Of a DNA stretch of 64,000 nucleotides, positions 14,790-29,319 are shown in pieces. Below the pieces are notes generated by a model. That model saw nothing but the letters and a program-made list of their open reading frames with translations. It ran no database searches and was not told the DNA's origin. Every line of letters starts with the position of its first letter. Positions within the stretch are counted from its first letter, which is position 1. This DNA is from Camelus dromedarius (taxonomy: Eukaryota): positions 90,398,001 through 90,462,000 of the forward strand of contig NC_087436.1 of NCBI RefSeq assembly GCF_036321535.1, in the 5' to 3' direction. The translations under genes were made by a program, and so were the position numbers.

Positions 14790-15492
14790 ACTGAAATATT
14801 GCTACATAAAAACTAGAATTGCTATGTTTAAAAGCACTGACAGCAGCAGATTAGAGGAGACTGTGGAAAAATTGGAATCCTTAAATATTGTTGGGGGGGG
14901 AATGTAAAAGTTTTAACCACTTTGAGAACTGTTTAGCAATTCTTTAAAATATTATATGGAAACTCATAATATGAGTCTACAATTCCACTCCTAAATATCT
15001 ATCCAAGAGCACCAAATACATATCCACACAAAACCTTGTATGTGACTATTCATAGCAGGATAACTCATAATTGAAAAAAATCAGGAAATATTTCAAATGG
15101 CTATCAACTGTGAATGGATTAAAGTGTTGCATATTTATGCAAAGGAATAAATTTCAGCAATAAAAAGGAATAAACTATAGATATATGGTCTAACATGGAT
15201 AAACCCCAAAAATCTTATGCTGAATGAAATAAACCAGACACAAAAGACTTACTACATTTATGTGGTATTTCCTAGACAGGCAAGCCTATAGAGACAGAAG
15301 GAGCATAGTAGTTGCCTGGACCTGAGGATAGGCGTGGAGACTGACTGAAAATAGACACAAGGGAACACTTCAGGGTGATGAAAATGTTCTAAGACTAGAT
15401 GATGCTTTGTTGACAAATCTTTATAAATTTACTAAAGATACTTAATTTTATGCTTATATTATATAAATTGCATCTCAATAAAGTTTTTAAAA
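14790..15492 (+). mobile_element. Second old L1 3' end
   Basis: caattccactcctaaatatctatccaaga...gggtgatgaaaatgttcta...ctcaataaagttttt. Confidence 0.8.
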
Positions 15493-16019
15493 GACCAAAT
15501 TGCTCATATCATTTTATCTCTTAAAATCTAGGCTAATGGCACACATTATCTTCCAATGTCATACTTTCTTTGCCCAGCTCATAAATTGCTGCTTCTAGCT
15601 CCATGTCAAGTACATAGAGGAGACTCCTGATGAATGAGATCCTCATTATAAGCTAGGGAACAATTAAAAATCACAAAGTGTAGCCTCTGTTTCACATAGA
15701 ATCATAATTAAGAATCTGATCTCCTACGAAAGCATAAAAAAAAGAGTGAGCTGGTGTTTTCGTATAGTATACTATTCAAGATTATTGTTCATATGAATAC
15801 ATGCTATTTCCTGTAATTTGAATGACTCTAAACCTTATGAAACAGCCCTGAGTTTGTAAAATTATACTCAAGTTGAGGATGAAAAAGTTTGTCATGTGAA
15901 TATCATTATTCTAGTGACCTTCAAAGATTGTTGAAGTCAGCTGAGGGAAAGCATTACTCTGTTTCAACATTTTTATGGAGCAGAAGAAAATAGATCAATT
16001 CAGGTCTGTTTTCCAAGGG

Positions 16020-17113
16020 TGTTCCTTATTTTTTCTCTTGAAAGGAGGGGAGGCTAACCAATCAGCTAGGTGATGTTAGGAGAAAGCCTAACATCTGTTA
16101 GGACTTCTTTTCCTTGCTTGGCATCATTGTACCAACATGGTTAAGCCAGTCCCAACACTTGCCACTCATTTAAATCTGCTGCCAAAAGGAATCATTACCT
16201 TATTTCCCTATTTTTGAAACCACACTATCCAATCCTAGAGTTTCAGTTGAAACTGGGTAGCGTACGAAGACTTATCATATTACCTCGGTTATCAATTTAT
16301 TACCTCTCAGCTCCAAGTGCATATATATAATATATAATGTATATGTATGTATATTATATATAATATATGTATATATGTGTGTATATATGCATATATATGC
16401 TTCTCTATAAAATATAGTGCTCCTTTATGCACCTCTCCTTCTTTACAGTGAGCATAATACATATTAAGCTTTCTCAATAGAGAGTAGTAGAGGGACATTG
16501 CAAAAGAAAGGCATCCCCTTAGGTTCCCAGGTATTGCTTATTGAATCAGTGATGAGGGTAAAGAATCAGATGGAATTCTGCCCAGACCTATGGCCAGCAA
16601 GCATGCTCTCTCTATTGGTGAGACTGCAGTCCAGTGAGGCCTAGTGAGCACCTTCTTGTGGTCCTCTTGACACAGAAATCAGTGTCCCAAAGACCCTCTA
16701 CCCACACTGGCACCCTGATTCCTTCTGTACATCCCTGAACTGCTTTCCCAAAGTCCAGAAGCTTCCCCCCAAGCCACCACCCCTTCTTGCTAACTGCACC
16801 ATCAGTTATGGATGAACTGTACGTCTTCCACTCTCTGGAGAGTTGCTTATTTCTTGCCCAGTGACTTCAGATAGTTCTGGCTTAGGCAAATCAATGAATA
16901 TTTCTGATATCCAGTAGGTGGAACTACACTTTCTCCTAAAAAAAATCTGGACCCCAGCCTTCAGGAGTCCTCTTTGAAGTTTTTCCTTCCATGGGTATTC
17001 TCCCTCTGCTGTAAGGTACCAAATAGAGTTTCTTTACATCAAGTGTTCTCTATTTCACTCACTGTGTAGTTTCTATGTCTTGATTCAACCAAGACTGATG
17101 TATTATCTAACAC
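16020..17113. mobile_element. Ancient ERVL-class LTR remnant containing a TA-rich microsatellite (16320-16400)
   Basis: LTR-like 3' terminus actgtgtagtttctatgtcttgattcaaccaagactgat. Family not resolved. Confidence 0.45.
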
Positions 17114-17384
17114 AGCTTAATTAGTATAACTGGTTGTAGAGCTCAGAATTTTCTTTTCTCCTCTTTTTTTGTGGCTGAAATTGGCACCATTTATTACTTT
17201 TCTAACATTAAAATATGAGAATATTTAAATTATTGCTTAAATAAAAGTGGGAAGAAACTTTGGAAGACTGTAGAAGAAACTGATGAGTGGTTCCCCGATT
17301 GTGGTGTGGAGTGTTCACAGGTGGAGAGACACTTTCCACTATATACCTTTTTTGCAGTAAAATATACATAATTTTTTCCATGTT

Positions 17385-17965
17385 AACCATTTTCAGGTAT
17401 ACAATTCTACAGCATTAAGTACATTTACAATGTTGTGTAACCATCACTATTATGTGTTTCCAGAAATTTTTCATCATCCCAAAGAGAAATTCTATATTCA
17501 TTAAGCAATAACTCATGATATCCCCCATCCCAGCCTCTAGTAACCTCTGTTTTACTTTCTGTCTCTATGAATTTGCCTGTTCTACATACCCAATGTAAGT
17601 AGAATCATATTTCTCCTGGCTTATTTCACTTAACATGCTTTTAGGGTTCATCCATATTATAACATGGATCCGAAGTTCATTCCTACATATGGCTGAATAG
17701 TATCCCATTGTATGGATATACCACATTTTTTCCAATACATCATTTTTTGTTAGACATTTGGGTTGTTTCCACCTTTTGGCTATTTTGAAAATGCTGTTAT
17801 GAATATTTGTGTACAAGTATCTGTTTGAGTCCTTTTAAAAATTATTTTGGGTATATAACTAACTAGGAGGGGAACTGTATATGTTTAAGTTTTTGAGAAA
17901 TGGCCAAACTATTTTCCACAGTGGCTCTACCAGTAATGCGTGAGGGTTCCTTTTCTTTGCATCTT
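17385..17965 (-). mobile_element. L1 3' end, antisense
   Basis: ORF 17565-17816 (AKRWKQPKC...KMWYIHTMGYYSAI) matches the L1 ORF2 C-terminus. Confidence 0.9.
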
Positions 17966-20179
17966 CAATGCTTGTCATTTTCCAGACCAACTAAAATGTA
18001 CAATCCCAAATTTTTGGAGGACCAGGTCCTCACCGCCCATCTTAGGACTGGCCACCTGCTCCAGGGATGCAAGCTCCTATTGGAGGAATGGGTTACAGTA
18101 CTCTCACCACTCTCTTACCAGAGAACAACAGCCTCTACCTTCATAAAGCACTCCTCTGATTGTTACAACTGCCAAGTCAGATTCCATGGTTCCCAAATAG
18201 TTGATTCCAATTGCTCTTTCCAGCTAAATGGTTGTTTCAGTGGGAAGATGAAACTTTAGAAGACTATAGAGTTTCATACTGTCATTTTTTGTGGTATTAG
18301 TTGGCATCTTTTAAAAAATGTTCTCAAATGATTAGAACTTGGAATGAAAGGCTTTTCAGCGGGTAGTCCTTAGCTTCCAAAATATAGACCACTACCCAAG
18401 ATATCTGGACCTCTAGCATTTGAGAGACAAAATAGCAATCAGAATCCCAAGTCTTTGAGTAAGGCAATGGTGATAATTTATTATGTGCCAACTATGTGGT
18501 TATTGGTCCCATACTGGCAGTATAAATATTAAGAGCAACAGTGGCTGGTGTCCTTGGGAATATGGCTACAGAGTTTGCTTGGTAAGAAAAGGTACCTCTA
18601 CTAAGTGTCAAGATAAACTAACACAATACGTCAAATGAATGTGCAGGAGTGTCGTGAAGGGCAAGAAATGTTCTCTCACAATCTTTTAGTAGGTGAGTAA
18701 TTTGCTTTTTCTAGGGATTTGCAAATCCCATGTGCATAATCACTGGTAAGTATCACCTGATGTTTACAGTGAGTGATTTGGGGATTTTTAGGCATCTTTC
18801 TTAGAAGTATAATTTTTTTCTCCTTAAATTTAACCTCATTCAGGACTAAAGCCTGGTATTTAAACCATGATATCAGATAAAGTCAATGTGGTTAAGAACC
18901 TTAGTATTGGATGTACACAATGCAATGCTAGGCGGTGCTCTTTATGTCATAGTGATCTTGGCAATCTTGGATATCTATTGCACATTTTTTTTCAGCAGAT
19001 AGTTACAAAGTATTTTGAGGAATAAGTAATTTCCTCTAATTTGTATGAGATAAGAAGGATGCTGCCAAGTGGAAATCTTTTCAAGATTTTTTTTTTAATT
19101 CAAAATGGGAACAACGGTGAAAAGGGGAAATGGAAATTAAGCCTAATGATTCTATTAGTCATTAATAAGCATTGCCTGAACAACCTGTGTTTCTTCTCCC
19201 TGTTAGCAGCTGCATTTAAAACTAAAGATAGAGCAGTGGTAATAAAACTTGTCTTGGGTCCACAGATTTATAATACACACTTCCCAAAGCCTTTGACGTT
19301 TCAGTCACAGAATGTGATTAATTTTATCAACGAATACATAAAGACAGTGGGAGAAGAGACTACTTTCTTAAAAAGCATGCCATTTCATGAATTGAAGAAG
19401 TAAATCCCTAGAGTTTTATTAGAAATGCAAACTCAGGAGGTTACTGAAAAGATGAGTCTGAATGACTGTTATTTCTGAGAATCAAATTAGTTCTAAGATT
19501 CAAAGACGAATACTTATAAAAGAAAAAAAAATTTTGTTGAATTAAAAATGGGAACAACAGTGAAAAAGAGAAATGGAAATTAAGCCAACAATTACATTGG
19601 AGGAGGGGAAAAATCCCCAGGGAAATGGTAAACCTCTCAAGGACCAGCTTAGGCAAGTGTGAAAGGAAAAAGGAAATGTCCTTTACTGCTCTTGTTGATG
19701 GGTCCCGTGAAGACAGAAATCATTTTTTAACTGATAAATAAAGACAACCGGACACCAAAAGAGACTAACAAAAGGGAGAAAGGACAAATCTTAATGAATC
19801 AATGGGAATATATCTCAACAATAATATTTAGAGGTACTTTCTTAACAGACACCTTAACAATTTGGGGAAACAACCCTTGGACAGTTGGAAAACCATACTG
19901 TGTAGACATAAATGGGAATAAAAGTCTAGAATAATCTGAATACAAGCATTATTTTAAAAATAGGCTAATGCAGTATTTTAAAGATGCTATGGAATCAAAC
20001 CCATAAATTTATGTTGTTGGGTTTCTAAAGGAAATCATAGAGAAGATGCCACACACAAAAGGGAGCAAGGAACAAAAAATCTGAGAGAACATTTTGTTAT
20101 GATGAGAGAGTGAAATTGCTCTACCAGAGAGGTGATGACTGAAAGAATCTGTCTTAACAATGGATGATTTGGACAGATG

Positions 20180-20560
20180 AAGAAATTATTATATTCATCA
20201 ATATTTACTGGTGAGGGCTGAAAAAGATGACGTTTGGAGAATGATTTTAGGAAAGAAAAGGAATTGATGCACTTTAAACTTGCAAATATGTGATACAGTA
20301 GAAATGTGAAAAAGACTGTGTTAAGAAGTAAAAACATCTTTCTATGTAACTAGGTACGTCTGAGAAGTTAAAACGAACGGGACTAGACCAGGTAGGGAGA
20401 AGGGATACTGTGACTACATCCACAGGTGAGACATAAAAAGCTTGAAGACATGAACATATCTGCTGCCACATGTCTAAATGATGCTAAATTCAAAAGTTGG
20501 AGAAAGAGTAGATTTTGAAGAATGGCACAAAGCAGGACACATTGCTCCTCCTTGGGTTCC
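20180..20560 (-). mobile_element. Probable L2 fragment
   Basis: Purine-rich stretch gactagaccaggtagggaga...ccacaggtgagacataaaaagcttg resembling antisense L2. Confidence 0.4.
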
Positions 20561-22542
20561 TGAATATCACAAGAAACCATTAACAGTTCCTTCAGATTAA
20601 ATCTGTGGATGTCCTTACACACCTGAATTAAATGTAGAGGCAAGGACAAAACCATCACAGGGCTAGGACTCAAATACATTAGGGATTCTACAGGCAGAGG
20701 CAGCAGCTGCCACTGTGATACAAGATTAAATGCTTGGGGATGTTTCTGAAAGTAGAAAAATATAGAAGGAATAGCAGTAGAATGAGACTGCGAAGGAGAA
20801 AAATTAAGGAAATAAATTACAACTGGGCAATTAACTGTCTATAGATGTAGCTTACCTTGTTCAAATAAAAGGATGAAACTATGTTAGTAGATAGAGTTCA
20901 CATCCAGCTCAGAATTGGGCTACTAGGAAAACAGCGTTAGAAAGGAATACTGGTACCAAATGTGCCAAAATATTCAGAGCATATCAACTGAGGAAGAAAT
21001 AGAATTTAAGCAAGGCCTATTTAACAGGGGTGGCATCACTGCACTTTTTGAAATTGTCTCAGATGCTGACAAGTCATATAAAAATCTACATGCCTAGGGA
21101 GTATAAAATTTATGTGAAATGCTAACCTCTCAGAACGTCTATGCCTAGACGATACTGTTTCTCAGCACTGGGCACTGGCGTACACGTTTTCACCATTTTA
21201 TAGAGGCGTTCCTTATATTAAGTTCAAAAATGTTCCAAACACCTGGCACAACTGACCTTGTGAGCCTTCTAAATTTTTTTTTTATAAGCAAGTCAGTCTA
21301 TGAAATTTGCTTGCATTGTAACATCACTATTTCCTAGGAACATAATTTATTTATGAAAACTTCTTCAGAGGCTGCAGGTTAGCGCATATTTTCAGAATAT
21401 CATTCTTTGGTTCTGCAGGTATAGCCATTTGACTCTAGGGAAAAGTAGGGAACGAGAAGCCTAGGTGAGAGATCATTTAATGTTGGAAGTAATTCACTGG
21501 AGAAGGTGCAACTGCTTCTGTAAATATATACATACAGACATAAGCAACCAAGTAAATAAATGTTTTCTGAATAAGATGATATCATTAGACCTGAGAAGAT
21601 AAAGAAATTGAAGAAAAATTATACACATTGACTTTTTTGAACTTCAATTTTCAAGGAGGAGAGGGACTATCTTATACTTTATTTCTATACGTTTAATGAT
21701 GGAGGAATTCATATTCCTCAAGTTTGAGAATTATTTTACTACTTGTGTCACTGTGTTATTTAGAATATTATCATGTTATTATTTGATTTACATAATCACC
21801 ACTGGTGAGTTATTGAAAAACATGGCTGCTTTTACGCAAGATAAGAAACAAAATTCAGGGTACAATTGTGGTGTACGATTCACCACACGGGTTCTGAAAG
21901 ATAAATAAGAAGTTGTCATAGATACGGGGAGAGTAGCCACACAGAGATGAGTGGGACTCCGGGTAGGTAATTACTTACTTCCCTTGAGTGGGCACAGGCA
22001 CAGCCCCAGGTTGACCTTAGGTTTGGTTATTAACCCCAGTGTATGGAAATAATAAGATAGGGGAATGTTCAGAGCGGTTTCTCATTCACCTTAACATTCA
22101 TTTCCTTAGCAGGCTTTCACTTTTTTGCCCATTCCTCTGAAGCGGTATTGAATTAAACTGAATTTGATTTTTAAAAAGTCTATTTCTCCTCAAACATTTA
22201 AAGTGAGGCATAAAGCACATAAGTAGTGATATCAGTGTGGGTCTATCCATTAAGCCATACATCTAGTGAAATTGGGCAATATGGTCTAATTCTGATTTTT
22301 TATTCTATTTTCTTCTCTTTTCTTTTTCCTTTCCTTTTTTTCTTAGACACTTATTCCCAAAGCAGAGGGTTTATCCCCTCCAACTGTGTTTCTTTTTGTG
22401 GTAAGAGCTCCTATAAAAGCCCTCTACCCCCATTGTGAAGAAGGATAACCAATTCAAAATGTTTTGTCTATAACTTGGTAAGTTCAAATCAAGAACAAAA
22501 GTTAAGAGGCTTACTTGCATTTTTCTGAGCTAAAATGATCAA

Positions 22543-22567
22543 TCTCTCTCTCTCTCTCTCACACACA

Positions 22568-22612
<45 letters not shown>
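22543..22612. repeat. (TC)n(CA)n microsatellite
   Basis: Directly visible. Confidence 0.95.
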
Positions 22613-22615
<3 letters not shown>

Positions 22616-25034
22616 TTATCTGAGTCCATTAGTGAATTCTCATTATGTCAGATGGGAGGAAAAGTAAATTTCTGGCACCATAAAACCACCAGGAGTTGGG
22701 TATGCATTTCTTTAAATGTAGTAAAATGTGCTCTACTAAATCTTATATAGTTTATATGAAATTATTAAAGTAAAAATAAAATTAATCAAGGGATAATACT
22801 TTTTTTGTTATAGATCATTTTTCCAGAGAATTGAAATCCCATTTTAAATAAATTTCCTAAGAATAGCATATGTTGAAAGGAAATAAATGCAATATTTTTA
22901 TAATGAGGATGTACAACATGCAACTAACCAGAATATTAACAATGACACAGTCAGAAACTCCACACAAATTGACCCCACTTTACTATATTTTCCCATAAAG
23001 ATAAAAATCCTTTTTTAACCAAACTCTGTATTTACCTTGCTTCTCCATTAACACATGATGTGCCCAGTGCCCAGTGCCTACTGTTTTCCAATGGGCTATA
23101 ATTTGAGAATACAAATATCTCCTCTAAACTTGAAGAATTTTAAAAACTACTTGTCAAAATAAGGCAACCTTATTTTAGAACAAAGTATATTTCTATAGTC
23201 AAGGAAGACCAGTATGTGTGTCATTTTAAAGCACAAGGGGGAAAAATATCACCAAACTAATCAATGATTTATGTAAAAATTTTAGTAGCACAAAGCTATA
23301 CTTTATTTCCTAACTGTTATTACTACTGTAATTCTATATTTATTTGCATTAATTTCCAAAGCTTCTAAATACATTTTTAAAAGTACATAAGTTATCCATG
23401 TTTATTATCTAAAAATAAAGATAAATTCTCTATAAATAAAAGAATTATCATTCCTACCAGCTAGAACTGTTAGTACTATAGTTAACATTTAGTATTGAGA
23501 TTTTTTTTTTTTTATCAGAGCCTTGAGATCTAGGTAAGACAGAACTTGACTGTTGATGTCTGTGAATATCTCTGAAACATTTTTATAATTCCCACATTCA
23601 CCTTTGCCACTGTGTCCTGTTTCCAAATACCATACATCATTTTTGTTTTAAAATTTAATTTCTGTCCTGCAATCTATCAATCTAGTTTTGAAAGTCAGGC
23701 CTTTCCATACAAAAAGTCATTCACTAAGAAAAATTTTAGTCCAGTAGACTCACTCAAAGAAATTGTGAATTTTGCAGAGGTGCTGTAGAATGGGTAGCTA
23801 AAGTAATCTGCTATCTTAGCAATGAAACGTGATTTAATTTCAATAGTATGCACTTGTTTTTATTAAAGTTCTTTGGGGGATAAGGAACAGTGATGGGTGT
23901 GTAATAAAATCTATTCACATGTTTTAATTTTTATTTAATGTCACACCTGGGATTCTCTCACTGGCCCCTTCCCAGGCAATCTCTCTCCTCTAGCCTGACT
24001 GTCCTAGACTCATATGTTCCCAAGTATTTTCCTGACTTCATACAATTCCTCTTCTATCCAACGTGGAGTTTACATTGTGAAGAGGCTGGCTCTTCTCTTT
24101 TTTCCTCTTTGCTTTTGTCGATTTCAGATCCCTCAGGTTTCTCTTTCCTGTCAGCATTAGTTTCATCTAGACATCCGTCTCAGCGTTCTTGACTAAAAGG
24201 AATTTCTGTATCAGCTGTCAAATTAAAGCTTTTTATGCTCATTATTGGGGTACAGGTAAAAATAAGATCTTACTGTATCTTCTTATTTGTAATCTAGTTA
24301 TATTTCAATTTAACTATAAATTTGAAGCTTTTCCTACAACCATAAAGCTACAGAAGCATAAGGGCATACATCCAGCAAGAGGTAAAAACAATCATGATGA
24401 GGGTTCCCTGTGCTCAAGACAGTTATGTTTGACAACACTGAGATTTTTCTAAAAATAAGGCATTCACACAGTCATGTGCTTAATATTGATACCCACCTAA
24501 GAGTATAAAATTTTATACCCTAAGAGTATAAAATTATTCTAAAATGTATTGATTATCATAAAACAGCATGTAACATCTGCTCTCAGGCCACCCCATCTAA
24601 AACTGGTCTTTAGTATTGGCTTTGACTTTCACAGGATTGTATGCAGACCAGTTTTTTTTTCATATTTGCTCTCTTTATACACAGATAAACGTGCTCCTAG
24701 GAAAATGATACACCTTTCATAATTCTTTCATATTCATTGGCACCCATTAATTAAAAACAAATTAATTGCATAAATGATGTTTAAGTAAATAAGAACATTA
24801 CCTGTGTCTGAATCTTTGAAATTATATATTTCAGTTCAAACTGTTATTTTTGTCAAAAAGACAAGAAGAAAATACCCATTGGAAACAGAACGGCTGAGGT
24901 GAACAGAGAAAACTGAACTGTCAAATAGGTATCTGGAAATTTATTTTTTAACAAGTTGCAATGTCTGACATAAGCTTATTTACTATTTTACAGTGTATAA
25001 ATGGAAAGACATTTTATAATCACTGATAAAAGGG

Positions 25035-25425
25035 TTTATCAGGCAGGATAGGTTAGGTTATGCTGCAATAACAAAACAATCCTGATATCTTCTGTGGTTC
25101 AATGTAACACAGATTTAATTGCCATTCATATCAAATGTCTGTCATAGACCAGTTTTGCTTTTGTGGTTTTTGTCTTTACTCTAGGACTGAAGGTGATGAC
25201 AAGTCACTATCTAGAAGATGCTCATGACCTTGGCAGAGGGAAAAGAGAGTTCTGGAGGGTCTTGCAAAGACAATTAAATTATCTGGACTGAAAGTGATAT
25301 GTAACCCCTCTGCTATCACTCATTGACCAGAAGTAATCACAAGGGCTCATTCAACCACAAGGGGGCAAGAAAGCTGAATTCAGTCTAGTGTCCAGAAGCA
25401 GGGATAACCAGAATTAATTGGTAAG
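25035..25425 (-). mobile_element. Old MLT1 (MLT1K-like) LTR
   Basis: ggataggttaggttatgctgcaataacaaa...cattgaccagaagtaatcacaagg. Confidence 0.65.
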
Positions 25426-25463
25426 CAAGTAGATCATTCATTTATGTTAAATGATACCTGTAA

Positions 25464-25641
25464 CCAGAGGTATACTGAAACTGGCTCATTGCAGCTTGAA
25501 AGAGTTTTGCATATCTCTTCCCAGACCATCATTCAGTGATATCTCTTTGGAAGCCTGGATATTTATTCCATGATATCGGCAAACACTACAAATTAGGGCT
25601 TTTTTCCTCCCTAATTGTTAAGCATTTACAGCACACAAGTG
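25464..25641 (+). mobile_element. MER63-like hAT DNA transposon
   Basis: Degenerate TIRs cagaggtatactg / cagcacacaagtg; internal atcggcaaacactacaaattagggc. Confidence 0.6.
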
Positions 25642-26264
25642 AGTGTAACTTTATGAAGATAAACAAACCAAAAAATGCTAAAAAGTAAGGCTAGCAAAAA
25701 GAGAGTAATTATTTCATGCTCGTATCTTGACAATGTCAAGGATATCTGTACTGTGTCCCCTACATTTGTAGAAAGTGCTTATAAATAAGAAAATAATCTA
25801 ATTGAAAAATGCATTATTTCTGCCTAAATTGTTTTCTGAGCTAAGATCCTTATATAAGCAGATATCCCTGATTTTCTCCTTAGTTAAACAAAGCCAGTTT
25901 CAGCCTCCTTACAAACAAAACTAATATATTGAGCCCTTGATGAAACTGCACATTTTTAAACTCCATGATATTGTCGACTAGAACTGTATATGCTAGAAAC
26001 AGCCTCCCAGTGCTGGAGAGAACTTAATTTCAGAGCTGAGCTAACATTATCTGCAGTGTCTTACAAATTGCATTACAACATGTTAAGTCACAGCTAGAGA
26101 AATTCATTATTCAATTTCCTTAAATTTTAACTATACTCAACTACTTCAAAGTTATTTTCCCTAGAAATTTGCTTCTTTAAGTTAAAGCAAATGAACACAT
26201 ACTTCTAAAACTGTTTATAATGTCTTGCTTCTAACAAAATTAGATTATTATTAATTAAATATCC

Positions 26265-26770
26265 TCTGGGCAAAGAGAAATTGAACCAGACAAGTTAAAC
26301 AGGCCATGAAGACTGTATTCAAGACCATCATAGTAGGGAAGAGAGATTGAACGCTATTCCACAGAGACCACAGGTGCATGCTTTTTGAAGTGCTTTAATG
26401 AGCTAATGAAAAAGTACTAGAAGATGCTGGAGGTGGGTGGGAGGGAGGCTGGTCAATGTGATTAGGCCATCTATGTTTGCCAACTGACACTTATCAAAGT
26501 TTGGTCCCCACTCTCCTTCAGGGGCAGAAAGAGAGGGGAACTATCTTCCTTGATGATTTATTGGAAAAAGTGGCTCCCAAGTCCTTCAGAAATATATCGT
26601 TGGGTTACAAAGTTGGCAAGAGGTTGGGAGAAATGTATATACCTCAAAAGGGCAGAGAAAGAATTTGTACTTAAAAGTTTTCTTAAGTAACTGTTCTAAG
26701 AAAAGGGAGACAGGGGCTTAGATCAGGCTTCTTCCTGTTTAGTCAAGTTGAGGGGAAATTTTAAGGCATT
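26265..26770 (-). mobile_element. ERV1-class solo LTR (MER31/MER67-like)
   Basis: ggtcaatgtgattaggccatct...aagtggctcccaagtccttcagaaa...aaagggcagagaaagaattt. Confidence 0.55.
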
Positions 26771-26801
26771 TAAAGTATAAGGTAGTCCTTGATTTTGATG
26801 T

Positions 26802-29188
26802 TTCTATAGACTGAATATTTGTGTCCCCTCAAAATTCATACGCTGAAATCCCAATGCAAAATGTGATTGTATTTGGAAGCAGGGTCTTTGAGAAGTTCTT
26901 AGGTAATAAGGGTGGACTCATAATGAATAAGATCACGTCCTTATAAAAGGAAGTCCAGAGAGATCCCTGACTTCTCTGCCATGTGAGGACACAGCAAAAC
27001 GATGTTGTCTATGAACTAGAAACCAGACACTAGATCTGTTAGCAAATTGATCTTAGTTTCCCCAGCCTCCAGAACTATGAGAAATAAATTTCTGTTGTTT
27101 ATAAGCCACCCAGTCTGTGGTACTGTCTTATAGCAGCCTGAATGAACTAAGAAAGAAATTGGTACCAAGAGATGGGATGTCTCTGTGGCACAAATATCTA
27201 GAAATTTGGAAGCAGCTTTTGAAACAGGAAATAGATAGAAGCTGGGGGTGGTTCTGAGGTGCATGCTAGAAAAAGCCTACATAGCCATGAATGAACCTTT
27301 AAAAATGATTCTAATGAGAGCTCAGAAAGAAAAGGCAAGAGCTAAAGGAAAAAGCCTCAGCCTTCTTAGAGAATATCCAAGTAATTTTCAGCAGAATGTT
27401 AGTAGGGATATAGATAGTAAAGGCCATTCTGATGAGGTCTCAGATGTAAATGAAAAATGTGTTATTGAAAACTAGAGGAAAGGTGATCCTAGTTATAAAG
27501 TGGCAAAGAATTTGGCTAAGTTACATGTGTCTTCTGTGGATGCTAGAAGGTGTAAGCAATGAAATGCAATATTTAGCTGAAGCTATTTCTAAGGGGTGTT
27601 TAGAGTGTAGTGTGGCTTCTCCAGACTCCCAACAGTAGCATTCAAGAATAGAGCAATTACTTAAAGATGGAATTATTAATCAAAAGAGAAGCAGAATTTA
27701 AAAATTTGGAAAATTCTCCGCTTATCCATATTGCAAAAAACAAGAACACTAAAGGTGTGGCCAAGGATCCTTTAATAATGATATTAGTATGGATGAGCCG
27801 TCTCACAGAAGCTAGGAGCTGTTCTCTAAAATGTGGAAGAATGGCCCTGAAGACAATTCAGAGATCACCAAAGCTGCCACTTCCATCACAGGCCCAGAGT
27901 GCAAGCAAGCATCCAGGAAGCAGAGTGATTTCAAAGGAGGGGCTCCCAGTGCCTGTGGGACCTCAGTGAGCATAGCCTGCCATGGTCTCCCATCACAGTC
28001 TCCCTGCACTCTGGTTCTATGCTCCGTGGCCACTCCAGGTGAGGTTCCTGTAGACTCTATTGTGGCACTGGCCACAGTGGTCACCCCTCTGGAGGCTACA
28101 AGCAGCAAACTTTGGTAGCTTCAGTGTGGCACCATTTCTCCACCAAGCAGGTACATGAGCCCTAAGGGCATGGCTGTTTCCATTCTGGTTTCAATAGAGC
28201 TGACTGGAGTCAAGGGTGTACAACCTAGGCACAGAGCTGCTTCCAGATGGAATCACTTTAGAGAAATATCATGTGGGTAGGACCCAGGAACAGAGGCACT
28301 GTGGAGGCAGGGCCACCCAAATCTGGGGGTTAGGGATGCCCAACAAGCTGCAGGACCAGAACTGCCACCTCAGTATGTCCAGAAGATGGTATTTTCACCC
28401 CCGTGGGCCTGGAGAGCAAAGAATCAAGACAAAGAAGATTATTCTCAAGTCTTAAGGTTTAATGAACATTGTTGGCCTCATCAGCTTTTGGACTTAAAGG
28501 GAATAGTCAGTCCTTTTTCTCTTTCCTATTTCTTCCATTTGGAATGAGAATGTCTATCCTAAGCCTGTCACACCATCGTATTTTGGAAGCACATAACTTC
28601 TTGGGGTTCACAAGTTCAGAGCTGGAAGGCAATTTATTTCAGGACAAATAGGACCTTGAAGTCTCACCCATATATGATTTAGATGATATTTAGATAAGAC
28701 TATGGACTTAGACTTTAAAATTGATAGTGGAATGAGTTAAGACTTTTCTATTGGGATAGAATAAATGTATTTTGCACGTAAGAATGACATGAATTTGGAG
28801 GGCCAGGTGTGGAATACTATAGATTGAAATTCTGTACCTCCTCAAAATTTGTATGTTGAAATCCTAATCCCCAATGTAATAAATAGTATAAGCAGGTGGA
28901 GACTTGGGGAAATGATTAGATCATGAGGGTGGCGTTCTCATGAATGAGATTAGTACTTTTATAAAGAAGAGTCCAAAGAGCTCCTGCGTCCCTTCTGCCA
29001 TGTGAGAGAGAACACAGTAAAAACAGAGCCAATTATGAAACAGAAAGCATGCTTTCATCGGACATTAAACTGGCTGAAATATTAATCTTGGCTTCCCAGC
29101 TTCCAGAACTGTGAGAAATAAATTTCTGTTGTTCATAAGCCACCCAATCTATGGGATCCTGCTATTATAGCCCAAATGGCCTTAGATA
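26802..29188 (+). mobile_element. Complete MaLR element (MLT1A-like): LTR 26802-27154, internal region, LTR 28815-29188
   Basis: Two direct LTR copies share ccagaact.tgagaaataaatttctgttgtt.ataagccaccca. The internal part starts gaaattggtaccaaga, and a purine-rich tract precedes the 3' LTR. Confidence 0.9.
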
Positions 29189-29319
29189 TTGAGGCTTGCT
29201 TTTTCCATAATTATGTGTCATGATTTAGTTACTATTAATAGTTAATGGCACCCATGTTATGAAATATTTATCTTAAAATATAAATTGGAAAAACTAGAAA
29301 AGTTGAATTAAAATTTCAT

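Noticed and set aside
24497..24536. Small tandem duplications or palindromes (also ~36165-36210, ~47222-47261, ~10125-10155)
   Set aside because: Two-copy slippage-type repeats in AT-rich DNA with no array or spacer structure; not CRISPR-like or otherwise informative.
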